A DNA stretch of 51,437 nt from Candidatus Omnitrophota bacterium (GTDB taxonomy: Bacteria; Omnitrophota; Gorgyraeia; Gorgyraeales; Gorgyraeaceae): contig JAHIYJ010000021.1 in assembly GCA_018814825.1 (NCBI GenBank), positions 1 to 51,437 of the forward strand, in the 5' to 3' direction. Positions within the stretch are counted from its first letter, which is position 1. Each line of letters opens with the position of its first letter. Positions 36,244 through 45,400 of the stretch are shown one piece after another. Position numbers and translations under genes: made by a program. The notes beneath the pieces were generated by a model that did not search any database, was not told the origin of the DNA, and was given only the letters and a program-made list of their open reading frames with translations.

Positions 36244-36543
36244 ATGAACAGTGAGCGGAGAATAGCCAAAAGGTCCGCCTTAGCGGTTTCGGTGCGTTAT
36301 CAGCAAAAAGGCAGCCAGGCCTTTTCAAATACCCTCGGCAGGGACATAAGCGAGACAGGGATAGGCTTTGTCTCGACCGAATTTTTCCCCATATCAACCC
36401 AGCTGGTCTTCGAGACCCAGCTCCCTGAAAGCCGCGACTTCATAAAAGCGGTAGGTGAGGTAGTATGGGTTTCAAAATACCCTCATTCAGAAAGATTTTC
36501 AGTAGGCGCCAGGTTTTTAGGCCCGTCCTTACCTCTTAATTAA
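36244..36543 (+). CDS. Stand-alone PilZ domain protein 2
   Basis: ERRIAKR, DISETG, GEVVWV, GARF. Confidence 0.9.
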   Translation: MNSERRIAKRSALAVSVRYQQKGSQAFSNTLGRDISETGIGFVSTEFFPISTQLVFETQLPESRDFIKAVGEVVWVSKYPHSERFSVGARFLGPSLPLN

Positions 36544-36565
36544 TTATAATCCTAAACATTACTTA

Positions 36566-36594
36566 TTGAATTTTCAGCCAATGTAGTGTATAAT
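36566..36594 (+). promoter_or_regulatory. Sigma70 promoter of the HD-GYP gene
   Basis: TTGAAT-17 nt-TATAAT. Confidence 0.7.
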
Positions 36595-36642
36595 TATATT
36601 GGATAACACCTTTTTAAAAGATAATAATAAGGGTAATACCCT

Positions 36643-37206
36643 ATGAGCAAAAAACTATACTATCAAATAGCGAAAGCTCTTATCCTGGCTCTTGAGGCAA
36701 GGGCTTATTGCCTGAAAGGTCACAGCTACAGAGTCACTAAATACGCTTTAGAAATAGCGAAGAGTCTGGAGTTACCAAGATCAAAGCTGAAAATAATGTC
36801 CTCCCTTGGCAAGCTCCACGACTTGGGCAAAATAGCTTTATCCGACGCTATACTAAATAAAAACGGCCCTCTCACAAAGGCCGAAAGGTTACAGATAAAC
36901 CTGCATCCTGTCATAGGCTCCATGATACTCAAAAACCTCGGATTTGTTCATAAGGATATCTCCATAGTCAGAAACCACCATGAACGGTACGACGGCAGAG
37001 GCTATCCTGACGGCTTGAAAAAGGAAAAAATTCCGCTTCTGGCCCGTATATTTACGGTAGCTGACGCCTTTGACGCCATGACGTCTGATCGGCCCTACAG
37101 AAAGAGCCTGCCTTTAAATATAGCTATAGACGAACTTTTAAGAAACCGAGGTACTCAGTTTGACCCGCGAATAGTAGAGGTCTTCATCCCGAAAATACCC
37201 CGGTAA
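36643..37206 (+). CDS. Stand-alone HD-GYP cyclic-dinucleotide phosphodiesterase
   Basis: GHSYRV, LHDLGK, HHERYDGRGYP, VADAFDAMTSDRPYR, GTQFDP, all intact. Confidence 0.93.
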   Translation: MSKKLYYQIAKALILALEARAYCLKGHSYRVTKYALEIAKSLELPRSKLKIMSSLGKLHDLGKIALSDAILNKNGPLTKAERLQINLHPVIGSMILKNLGFVHKDISIVRNHHERYDGRGYPDGLKKEKIPLLARIFTVADAFDAMTSDRPYRKSLPLNIAIDELLRNRGTQFDPRIVEVFIPKIPR

Positions 37207-37212
37207 CCCCCC

Positions 37213-37241
37213 TTGACAAAATAAACATCAGCAGGTATACT
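37213..37241 (+). promoter_or_regulatory. Sigma70 promoter
   Basis: TTGACA-17 nt-TATACT, 10 nt before ATG 37252; no SD. Confidence 0.8.
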
Positions 37242-37251
37242 TTTTAACACT

Positions 37252-37644
37252 ATGTCAGGAAGAAAACAACCTTACAGCATCAATAAAGTAATGGCCCTGC
37301 TGAGCGTATTCGATAAAGACAAAAGATACGATCCTGAGGCTTATTCCTTCGTAATGTCCGCGCTAGGATTTACGACTAAGAAACTCGAGAGAAAAGGCCA
37401 TGTCTCCGGAGGAGAGCTCCTCGAGGGGATCAGGGAATACGCCCTTGAAGAATTCGGTCCCATGGCCAGGCTTGTCCTTGAGCACTGGGGAGTCAAGAAG
37501 ACAGACGATTTCGGGGAGATAGTATTTGTCATGATAAACGCGGGTATTCTCGGCAAGACCGAAAAAGACACAAAGAAAGATTTCGCCGACAGATTCGACT
37601 TCAAAAACACGTTTGACAAAGGCTGCAGATACACCATTCATTAA
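37252..37644 (+). CDS. Minf_1886-like (Verrucomicrobia/Planctomycetes-type) conserved protein
   Basis: D.RY..EAY.FV..AL, HVSGGELLEG.R.YA.EEFGPMA..VL.HWGV..T.DFGEIVF. Confidence 0.82.
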   Translation: MSGRKQPYSINKVMALLSVFDKDKRYDPEAYSFVMSALGFTTKKLERKGHVSGGELLEGIREYALEEFGPMARLVLEHWGVKKTDDFGEIVFVMINAGILGKTEKDTKKDFADRFDFKNTFDKGCRYTIH

Positions 37645-37717
37645 TCCTTCCTAAGCATTCCTTTTGTAAAAATTTTTCTTGTTTTCTTTTTGGATTTGTA
37701 TTAAAATACAAACTAGG

Positions 37718-38461
37718 ATGAGAAAAATTATATGTCTTTTTTTATTTTCCCTGCTCGCGTGCCAGATATCCGGCTTCTCCGAAGAGATAGAGATAAATTC
37801 CACCGTATTTATCGCGAATACTGACCAGGATTTCTTTGTGATAAAGGCCGGTGAGGACGATGGGGTGGAAATAGGGGACGGCCTGATAGTCCATAGGGGA
37901 GGAAAGAAGATAGCCGAAGCGTATATTATCGAAGTCAGACCCGACGTCTCAGCCGCGGAAATACTGGAAGCTGAAAGCGGCGAAGAAATACGGGAAAACG
38001 ACGAGATATTAATCGTCAAAAGGACCGAGGCTTATACTGCGGAAGAGGACGCCGGCGTATCACATATCCTATCAGAGGCAATTATCGGGGGAGATACCAT
38101 AAGCCTGGAAATATACAATACCAAAAATTCTGTTTTTTCCTATGCGGGCATGATCCTCAGGGAAAACGGGTTTTCGGTGATCTCGTCGAACAGGGCGGAC
38201 GGCCTGATACTCGCTAGTAAACCCATAGAGCTCTCAGTGTTAAAAGAGCTGTGGGCCGACGCGAGAGCAGCTATAGGCCACAGCCTCATTACCTCATTCG
38301 AGATAAAAGACGAGGGCCGCTCGTCTCTATTGACAGCCTCGTCCTTCAAAGAGCATTTTCAAAAAAGAAAATACGTAAAGCAGCCCGTAAAGAGAGACTC
38401 GAAATATTACAACGAGATCATCGATGTGGCCTCGCAAATAAAAGAACGTTCAGAACGTTGA
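37718..38461 (+). CDS. Hypothetical exported protein
   Basis: Signal-like MRKIICLFLFSLLAC; FFVIKAGEDDGVEIGD beta-domain; upstream TTGTTT-17-TAAAAT, 10 nt before ATG 37718. Confidence 0.7.
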   Translation: MRKIICLFLFSLLACQISGFSEEIEINSTVFIANTDQDFFVIKAGEDDGVEIGDGLIVHRGGKKIAEAYIIEVRPDVSAAEILEAESGEEIRENDEILIVKRTEAYTAEEDAGVSHILSEAIIGGDTISLEIYNTKNSVFSYAGMILRENGFSVISSNRADGLILASKPIELSVLKELWADARAAIGHSLITSFEIKDEGRSSLLTASSFKEHFQKRKYVKQPVKRDSKYYNEIIDVASQIKERSER

Positions 38462-39120
38462 AAAAGGCGAAAAAAACCGAAAAGTTATTAAGGATATATG
38501 AACTGTTATTTGAAAAATTCGGGCCCAGACACTGGTGGCCTGGCGACACCAGGCTGGAAATAATAGTGGGAGCGATACTGACCCAGAACACGGCCTGGTC
38601 AAACGTCGAGAAAGCAATAGTTAACCTGAAAAAGGAAAAGGCGCTTAATGCGCGCCGGCTTTCAGGTATTTCTGAAAAAAGGCTTTCTACGCTCATAAAA
38701 CCAGCCGGATATTTTAACGTAAAGGCCCGAAGGCTAAAGAACTTTTTGAGTTTCCTAAACCTGTCTTATGGCGGGAGTCTGGACAGGATGTTCAAGACAG
38801 ACACCTGGGAACTCAGGGAGCAGTTATTAAAAGTAAGCGGTATAGGCCCTGAGACGGCTGACAGTATCCTGCTCTACGCCGGTCATAAACCTGTGTTTGT
38901 GGTCGATGCCTATACAAAAAGAGTCTTTTCGAGGCACGGTTTTATAAATGACAGCGCCGCGTACGAGGAAGTGCAGGGCCTGTTAATGAAAAACCTGCCG
39001 GCGGAAGAAAAACTATTCAATGAGTTTCACGCGCTGATAGTTGAGCTGGGCAAAAATATATGCAGGCCCGCAAAACCATTATGCCACGAATGTCCAATAC
39101 GGAGGATTAAAAATGGCTGA
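38458..39120 (+). CDS. Endonuclease III-related HhH-GPD protein
   Basis: WWPG, GAILTQNTAWSNV, GIGPETADSILLYA, FVVDAYT, C-terminal Cys cluster; TTG start overlapping the upstream stop. Confidence 0.92.
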   Translation: MKKAKKTEKLLRIYELLFEKFGPRHWWPGDTRLEIIVGAILTQNTAWSNVEKAIVNLKKEKALNARRLSGISEKRLSTLIKPAGYFNVKARRLKNFLSFLNLSYGGSLDRMFKTDTWELREQLLKVSGIGPETADSILLYAGHKPVFVVDAYTKRVFSRHGFINDSAAYEEVQGLLMKNLPAEEKLFNEFHALIVELGKNICRPAKPLCHECPIRRIKNG

Positions 39121-39328
39121 GGAAACAAAAGAAGCGGCTAAAAAAGCCCCTGTCGAGAAACCTACTAACTGTGTAAAATGCAATAAGAGGCTGCAGAAAA
39201 AGCGCTGGTATTACAGGAACGGCGGTTATTACTGCGGTAAGAGATGCTGGAAGCTGGCGAGCCAGGCTGCCGCCAAAAAGGAAGCCGAAGCTAAAAAAGA
39301 GGCGGAAACCAAGAAAAAGGGATCCTAA
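39113..39328 (+). CDS. Small basic Zn-finger protein (CxxC-x17-CxxxC)
   Basis: GGAGG SD, ATG 39113; CVKCNKRLQKKRWYYRNGGYYCGKRCW. Confidence 0.75.
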   Translation: MAEETKEAAKKAPVEKPTNCVKCNKRLQKKRWYYRNGGYYCGKRCWKLASQAAAKKEAEAKKEAETKKKGS

Positions 39329-39334
39329 AGTATC

Positions 39335-39721
39335 ATGATAAAAGAACGTCGCAAACACCTGCGGGCAAAAAAACAGCTTCCTCTTAAGATAGCGGACAAG
39401 TCTTTTGACGTTATCACCGAGACAGTAGACATCAGCCCGTCAGGCATATACTGCAGGATTACGAGGCTCCTGCCTGTGATGTCGAAGATAGAAGTGATAA
39501 TGCTGGTCCCTGTAAAAGGTAATGGCAGGTATACGAAAAAGATAAGGGCCAGAGGAGTGGTCGTAAGGTCGGAACCGGTGATACTGGAAAACACTGACAG
39601 GGCGCATTACAACGTAGCCATATTTTTCACCGACATATCCAAAAAAGACCAGAAAGCCGTTGAGGCCTATGTCTCATCAGGTAACGCGGACCAGCCGGAA
39701 TTACAGATAATAAAAAATTAA
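39335..39721 (+). CDS. Stand-alone PilZ domain protein 3
   Basis: ERRKHLR, DISPSG, GVVVR, AIFF. Confidence 0.88.
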   Translation: MIKERRKHLRAKKQLPLKIADKSFDVITETVDISPSGIYCRITRLLPVMSKIEVIMLVPVKGNGRYTKKIRARGVVVRSEPVILENTDRAHYNVAIFFTDISKKDQKAVEAYVSSGNADQPELQIIKN

Positions 39722-39766
39722 AGTAAGGAAGGAACTTTTAAGAAAGATAGGGTATAAGTTTTAACT

Positions 39767-40312
39767 ATGGGAAAGCCAGGGAGACCTAAGCAGGTAAAAT
39801 TAATAATCGGATTGCTCGCGAAAAACAAAAAACTCCTCAATGAAATCGAGGAGTTTTTTGTTAAGGAATTCGGCGACATAGATTACAGAAGCAAGGACAT
39901 ACCTTTCGATTATACGGACTATTACAAAAAGGAAATGGGCCAGCCGATCACTAGAAGGTTCATATCTTTTAAGAGACTCATCTCTCCGGGCTATATCGCG
40001 AATGCCAAGACAATAACAAACTCCCTTGAGAAAAAAACCTCGACTAAAAAAAATGGTGAAGTAAAACGCTCCGTCAATATAGATCCGGGGTATATATCCG
40101 ACTCGAAACTGGTGCTTGCCACGACAAAGGACTATTTTCACAGGATTTATCTTAAAAAAGGCATCTGCGCGGAAGTGACGCTCGCGTGGCAGAAGGGCGG
40201 ATTCAGGCCTTTTGAATGGACGTATCCTGACTACAGGTCAACCGAATACGCGGCTATACTGAAAAAAATAAGAAACTCCTATATGAAGGAAAGGAACCAT
40301 GTTGCAGGATAA
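39767..40312 (+). CDS. DUF4416 family protein
   Basis: FDYTDYYKKEMG, R.VNIDPGY, LATTKDYFHRIYL..GI, WTYPDY. Confidence 0.85.
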   Translation: MGKPGRPKQVKLIIGLLAKNKKLLNEIEEFFVKEFGDIDYRSKDIPFDYTDYYKKEMGQPITRRFISFKRLISPGYIANAKTITNSLEKKTSTKKNGEVKRSVNIDPGYISDSKLVLATTKDYFHRIYLKKGICAEVTLAWQKGGFRPFEWTYPDYRSTEYAAILKKIRNSYMKERNHVAG

Positions 40313-41408
40313 GGCAAAAGCATACTCAAGGCAAAAACATCGCCTCGCGATAGCCGGGCTGATCCTGCCACCTGTTATCCTATCCGTCTTCCTGGCTTCA
40401 GGGCTCTCTTCTTATATAAAAAACATGTCCATGGCCATCCCGGCCAATGATTATCTAAGCCTTGTCATTTTCTCTCTCCTGACAGGGGCCGCTTACTACG
40501 CGGTTAACCTGCCTTTGAAGTATTACTCGGGGTTCACGCTGGAACACAAGTACGGCCTCTCAAATCAAACCCAAAAAGACTGGATCAAAAGAGAGGCGAA
40601 AAAGTCTGTCATATCCTTTATTATAAGCATGCCGGTCGTCATCTCGGTTTACTCGTTTATAAGGCACTGGCCGCTCCACTGGTGGCTCCTTACAGCCGCG
40701 CTGTGGTTTTTTATCTCTGTCCTGCTGGCCAAATTCGCGCCTTTATTAATCGTGCCGCTTTTCTATAAATACTCCCCCATAAAAGACTCATCCCTGAAGG
40801 ACAAGCTGGTCCGCCTTGCCGCCAGGGCCGGGTTCAGAGCTGAAGGCGTATACGAGATAGACATAAGCAGGGACACAAAAAAGGCCAATGCCGCGGTCAT
40901 AGGGCTGGGGAAACAGAAAAGGATAGTATTGTGCGACACCTTGCTGCGAAACTTTACTGAGCCTGAGATAGAAGCTGTAATGGCCCATGAACTCGGCCAC
41001 CACAAAAAACAGCATAATCTCAAGTTTATCATCTTCGGCGGCGTCTCTATCCTCGCAACATTTTTCATAACCAACCTGCTATTTCTAAAATTACACGGGG
41101 TTTTCTGGAATGACCTCTTATTGAGTGGCTTTGAGTCGCTCGTCCTTATTTACGCTATTATCGCGGCGCTGAACATAATCAGCCTGCCTTTACAGAACAT
41201 GTTCTCAAGGAAGCTGGAAAAAGAGGCGGACCAGTTCGCGCTTGAGACCACGGGCGATAAGGACGCCTTCATATCCACCATGAAAAAACTCGCTAGCCAG
41301 AACCTGGCGGACACGGCCCCGGGCAGATTCTGTGAGATAGTGCTGTACAGCCATCCGCCGATATCAAGGAGAATTTCTTTTGCAGAATCATTCCAAAGAA
41401 AAAAGTAA
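40299..41408 (+). CDS. Ste24/M48 membrane zinc metalloprotease
   Basis: Multiple TMs, ANAAVIGLG, IVLCDTL, HELGH, EKEAD.FA, SHPP...RI. Confidence 0.93.
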   Translation: MLQDKAKAYSRQKHRLAIAGLILPPVILSVFLASGLSSYIKNMSMAIPANDYLSLVIFSLLTGAAYYAVNLPLKYYSGFTLEHKYGLSNQTQKDWIKREAKKSVISFIISMPVVISVYSFIRHWPLHWWLLTAALWFFISVLLAKFAPLLIVPLFYKYSPIKDSSLKDKLVRLAARAGFRAEGVYEIDISRDTKKANAAVIGLGKQKRIVLCDTLLRNFTEPEIEAVMAHELGHHKKQHNLKFIIFGGVSILATFFITNLLFLKLHGVFWNDLLLSGFESLVLIYAIIAALNIISLPLQNMFSRKLEKEADQFALETTGDKDAFISTMKKLASQNLADTAPGRFCEIVLYSHPPISRRISFAESFQRKK

Positions 41409-42456
41409 GGTATATATCAGGAGGATCAGCGATTGGTCATCGGCGGAGGCCGTAAGCGAGGCCCTCGCGTCAGTATGGCTTAAAATGGACGGGAACAGCC
41501 TTGTGAAAAAAGATGACTTCCTGGGCATCAAACTGACTTTCGGCGAAGAAGGGGCGTCCGGATACATAAAATCAGGCTGGCTCAAGGGGCTCACGGCATT
41601 ACTGAGGGAGAAGACAGAGAATCTCTTTACAATAGAGACGAATACGCTCTACAGGGAGAAGAGATCCAACGCTGTCGGCCACCTGCAGGTGGCGTACGCC
41701 CATGGATACGGCATAAGCCAATCCGGCATGCCCGTGATAATAGCGGATGGCTTGCACGGCAGAAACAGCCAGAACATAGCCATAAGGGCGGAACATTTCG
41801 AAAACGTCAAGATCGCCAAGGCTGTATGCGAGACAGATTTCCTTTTATGCCTTTCCCACGCCACAGGACATTGCCAGACAGGTCTGGCGGCCGCTCTTAA
41901 GAACCTGGGCATGGGCTGTGCGGCCCGCGCCGGGAAACTAGCCCAGCACTCAAAGACCCTGCCGGAGATAACAGTCGCTAAGTGCATAGGCTGCGGGGAA
42001 TGCATGAAGATATGCCCGGCCAACGCAATAGGGATCAAAAAGAAAAAGGCCATACTGGTCAAGGAAAGGTGTATCGGCTGCGGGGAATGCACGGTAATAT
42101 GCAGGTCCGGCGCCATAGAAATTAAATATGACGAAAACGCTATAAAGCTGCAGGAAAAAATGGTAGAATATGCTTTAGGGGTAAAAGAGGCCCTTGGGTC
42201 AAGGCTGGCTTGCCTGAACCTTTTGTACGGCGTTACGAAAAACTGCGACTGCATGTCAAAAGGCGAAGAACCCATAGTGCCCGACATCGGTATCCTGGGC
42301 AGCTTGGACCCTGTGGCAATAGACAAGGCGACTCTAGACCTCTTAGGCGAAAACACCTTAAAGGGTATATACCCTGAGATCGACCTGGAAGCCCAGATAA
42401 GGCACGCGGAAAAAATAAAGCTAGGACTTTCCGATTACGAACTTATAGAGTTATAG
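41380..42456 (+). CDS. DUF362 protein with a 2x[4Fe-4S] ferredoxin domain (start uncertain)
   Basis: KLTFGE.G, IIADG, KNLGMGC, CIGCGECMKICP, CIGCGECTVIC, CDC, DPVAID. Confidence 0.88.
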   Translation: MQNHSKEKSKVYIRRISDWSSAEAVSEALASVWLKMDGNSLVKKDDFLGIKLTFGEEGASGYIKSGWLKGLTALLREKTENLFTIETNTLYREKRSNAVGHLQVAYAHGYGISQSGMPVIIADGLHGRNSQNIAIRAEHFENVKIAKAVCETDFLLCLSHATGHCQTGLAAALKNLGMGCAARAGKLAQHSKTLPEITVAKCIGCGECMKICPANAIGIKKKKAILVKERCIGCGECTVICRSGAIEIKYDENAIKLQEKMVEYALGVKEALGSRLACLNLLYGVTKNCDCMSKGEEPIVPDIGILGSLDPVAIDKATLDLLGENTLKGIYPEIDLEAQIRHAEKIKLGLSDYELIEL

Positions 42457-42458
42457 CC

Positions 42459-42932
42459 ATGTATCTGATCTATACTTTGGTCCTGATGGTGCTCCTGGTA
42501 ATACTGTTACTCCTTTTCGATGAGGAAAGGAGATTCAGAAATAGCATAACGCATGGGCTCGCGAGTAAATTCTGGATATTGAGGGAGAGGAGACGTTTTG
42601 TAAGGTTTAAGGAAGAGATGAAGATACGCTATGCCTTCAAAATAAACCCCTCTACTGTACTTGAATCAAAGACAGCGGACGTGTCAAGAAAAGGCCTCTG
42701 TATCGTCACCTATGAAAAGCTCAAAAAGAACACGGCTATGGACATGGATATAGAGGTGCCCGGCTTCTCAAAGCCTATACACATGGCCGGACAGGTCATG
42801 TGGACAAAAGAGCTCAAGGCATTTGACGAAAAAGGAAGGCGTCTTTTCTACGCCGGCATAAAGTTTTTTAAGATAAGCCCTGAACATGAAGCTGTATTTT
42901 TGGCGCATCTGAATAACCTGAAGCCATATTGA
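42459..42932 (+). CDS. Membrane-anchored PilZ domain protein 4
   Basis: N-terminal TM, ERRRFVR, DVSRKG, GQVMW, GIKF. Confidence 0.88.
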   Translation: MYLIYTLVLMVLLVILLLLFDEERRFRNSITHGLASKFWILRERRRFVRFKEEMKIRYAFKINPSTVLESKTADVSRKGLCIVTYEKLKKNTAMDMDIEVPGFSKPIHMAGQVMWTKELKAFDEKGRRLFYAGIKFFKISPEHEAVFLAHLNNLKPY

Positions 42933-42946
42933 GGCAGCGTTCTCTT

Positions 42947-43717
42947 ATGGAAATAACCCTGATAGGCACTGGAACAGGAACACCGTCCATACGCAGGAAC
43001 CCGGCGTGTGTGTTGTTCAGGCTCGGCGACAAAAACGCGGTTTTTGACAGCGGTCCGGGCACGCTCAGGAGCCTTTTGTCAACGGGCGTGGAGCATAAAA
43101 ATATAGACCTTCTATTTTATACCCACCTGCACCTGGACCATATCTCGGATTTCTCGGTAATCCTTTTCGCCGCGAAAATACCCCCTGAAATAAGAAAAAA
43201 CCCTCTCTATGTCTACGGCCCCACAGGCCTGAAAGACTACCATAAGAAAATAAAAGCTCTCTATGGGGACACGCTCTCCGCGGATTCATATAAACTTATC
43301 CTTGAAGAGATAGAAAATAAAGAACTGGGCATCGAAGGTTTTACGATCCTGACAAAAACCCTGGAGCACCACGGTGGAGGCATGGGCTACAGGATAACCG
43401 CGCCGGGCGGGAAAATAGCTGTCTATACAGGCGATACGGATTATTGCGAGGCCGCGGTGGAGCTCTCCAGAGACGCCGACATCCTGATAGCCGAGTGCTC
43501 CTTCCCTGAGGAAATGAAAATGAAAGGCCACCTGACGCCTGAAAGCGCTGCCAGGATCGCGAACGAAGCAGGAGTTAAAAAACTAGTCCTCACGCATATG
43601 TATCCCATTTGCGACAATTACGACCTGGTCTCCGCCTGCGAGAAGGCCTTCAAAGGAGAGATTATTGTCGGAGAAGACCGGATGAAATTCGAACTGAAAC
43701 AGGAGGTCCTGCTGTGA
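42947..43717 (+). CDS. MBL-fold hydrolase, RNase Z-like
   Basis: GTGTGTP, DSGPG, THLHLDH, YTGDT, GHLT, LTH. Confidence 0.88.
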   Translation: MEITLIGTGTGTPSIRRNPACVLFRLGDKNAVFDSGPGTLRSLLSTGVEHKNIDLLFYTHLHLDHISDFSVILFAAKIPPEIRKNPLYVYGPTGLKDYHKKIKALYGDTLSADSYKLILEEIENKELGIEGFTILTKTLEHHGGGMGYRITAPGGKIAVYTGDTDYCEAAVELSRDADILIAECSFPEEMKMKGHLTPESAARIANEAGVKKLVLTHMYPICDNYDLVSACEKAFKGEIIVGEDRMKFELKQEVLL

Positions 43718-44073
43718 TAGAGGAAAGAAGGAGATACTTCAGGTTGGATACTGACATCGGCTTTACCTATAAGATAAAGGACATTTTAACTCCATGGGAG
43801 AAAGCCATAACCAAGAACATAAGCCCGGGCGGCATAAGGGGCCTGGTGGGCCGCTCCATAAAAAAGGGCGACTGGTTGGAGCTGAATATAACCTTGCCTT
43901 CCATGGAAACCCCCATGCCGGCCATAGGGAAGGTCATATGGACAGCGGACGAAAAAGCTGGTAAAATAGACGCTGGTATCAAGTTTGAGGAAATAGAACC
44001 GGAACTGAAAAATAAATTTCTTGAACACATATGCGAACTCATGTTTTCCGAGTTAGAAAGGCTCAGGATGTAA
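43714..44073 (+). CDS. Stand-alone PilZ domain protein 5
   Basis: AGGAGG SD plus GTG 43714; ERRRYFR, NISPGG, GKVIW, GIKF. Confidence 0.88.
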   Translation: MIEERRRYFRLDTDIGFTYKIKDILTPWEKAITKNISPGGIRGLVGRSIKKGDWLELNITLPSMETPMPAIGKVIWTADEKAGKIDAGIKFEEIEPELKNKFLEHICELMFSELERLRM

Positions 44074-44074
44074 T

Positions 44075-44395
44075 ATGATATCTTTCGATGATTTCAAAAA
44101 AATAGGGCTGAAGATCGCGCGGATAAAAGAGGTAAAAGATCATCCTAACGCAGACAAGCTCTATATATTAAAAGTAGACCTGGGCAGTGAGGAGAGAGAA
44201 GTTGTAGCCGGGATAAAAAAGGCTTATTCCCCTGAGGAACTAAAAGGCAGGCTCGTGATCATGGTAGATAACTTGCAGCCAGCCACTATAAGGGGAGTAG
44301 AGAGTAACGGCATGGTGCTGGCCAGCCAGGACGGGGATAAATTGGCCATCCTGAGCCCGGACAAAGATATTTCTCCGGGGTCGATAGTAAAGTAA
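44075..44395 (+). CDS. tRNA-binding OB-fold protein (MetG beta subunit/Trbp111/CsaA-like)
   Basis: ISFDDFKK, HPNADKL, VVAGI, NLQPATIRGVESNGMVLA. Confidence 0.9.
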   Translation: MISFDDFKKIGLKIARIKEVKDHPNADKLYILKVDLGSEEREVVAGIKKAYSPEELKGRLVIMVDNLQPATIRGVESNGMVLASQDGDKLAILSPDKDISPGSIVK

Positions 44396-44937
44396 TGGTC
44401 ATAGGTCTTACTGGCCCAAATGCCTCGGGTAAAGACGAGGCTGCGAGATATCTGAAGGAAAAAGGTTTTGAGTGCCATTCTCTCTCCGACATACTGAGAG
44501 AGGAAGCGGACAGGTCGGGAATAGAGCCTGTGCGGGAAAATCTCATCCGCCTCGGGAATGACATGAGGCGGGAAAAAGGCCCGGCAGTGCTGGCTATCCG
44601 CGCGATAAAAAAACTCTCCGGCGGGAAAAATCATATAGTGGATTCCATCAGGAATCCCGCGGAGATAGAGGCGCTCCGGGGCGTTAAAGGTTTTACGCTT
44701 ATTATAGGAATAGACGCCCCCGCGGAGATCAGGTTTAAAAGGAGCCTTGAGCGTGGAAGGTCCGGAGACGCCCTGACCCTGGAAGAATTTATCGAAAAAG
44801 AGGAAAAGGAAAACAGGTCAAGCGCTGAGAACCAGCAGCTTAAAAAATGTCTCGGGATGGCGGATATAGTGCTAACGAACGACTCCACTGTCAACGAGCT
44901 GCGCAAAAAAATAGATGAAGCAATCAAGAAGGCCTGA
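44395..44937 (+). CDS. P-loop nucleotide kinase (dephospho-CoA/NMP kinase-like)
   Basis: IGLTGPNASGKD, SLSDILREE, VDSIRNPAE, DAP.EIRF.R...RGR.GD. Confidence 0.85.
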   Translation: MVIGLTGPNASGKDEAARYLKEKGFECHSLSDILREEADRSGIEPVRENLIRLGNDMRREKGPAVLAIRAIKKLSGGKNHIVDSIRNPAEIEALRGVKGFTLIIGIDAPAEIRFKRSLERGRSGDALTLEEFIEKEEKENRSSAENQQLKKCLGMADIVLTNDSTVNELRKKIDEAIKKA

Positions 44938-45397
44938 CTGGGACGAGTATTTCTTAAAACTGTCATACCTTGTGGCTGAGCGGTCCACATGCGTAAGGCA
45001 TCATGTGGGAGCCGTGATAGTAAGGAATAAGCGTATACTGACCGCGGGCTACAACGGCGCGGCTAGCGGGGTAAAAGATTGCCTCCAGCTTGGCTGCATG
45101 AGGAACGAAAAAGGCATACCGTCCGGGGAACGCCATGAGATATGCCGGGCGATCCACGCTGAGCAGAACGCGATAATACAGGCGGGCCTGCACGGTATAA
45201 ACATCGCGGACAGCACGGTCTATTGCACTCATTCGCCCTGTATCCTGTGCGCGAAGATGCTGGTGAACTGCAGGATAAAGAGATTTGTCACCAGCGGGAA
45301 ATACTCGGACAATAGCTTCCGACAGCTTTTTAAAGAGGCCGGAGTGGAGTTTAAGGTAATAAAACGGCCGAAACTTAGCATAACAAACCTGGACTGA
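44915..45397 (+). CDS. dCMP deaminase (ComEB-like)
   Basis: RPDWDEYF, RSTC, GYNG, HAEQNA, PCILC. Confidence 0.95.
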   Translation: MKQSRRPDWDEYFLKLSYLVAERSTCVRHHVGAVIVRNKRILTAGYNGAASGVKDCLQLGCMRNEKGIPSGERHEICRAIHAEQNAIIQAGLHGINIADSTVYCTHSPCILCAKMLVNCRIKRFVTSGKYSDNSFRQLFKEAGVEFKVIKRPKLSITNLD

Positions 45398-45400
45398 GCC

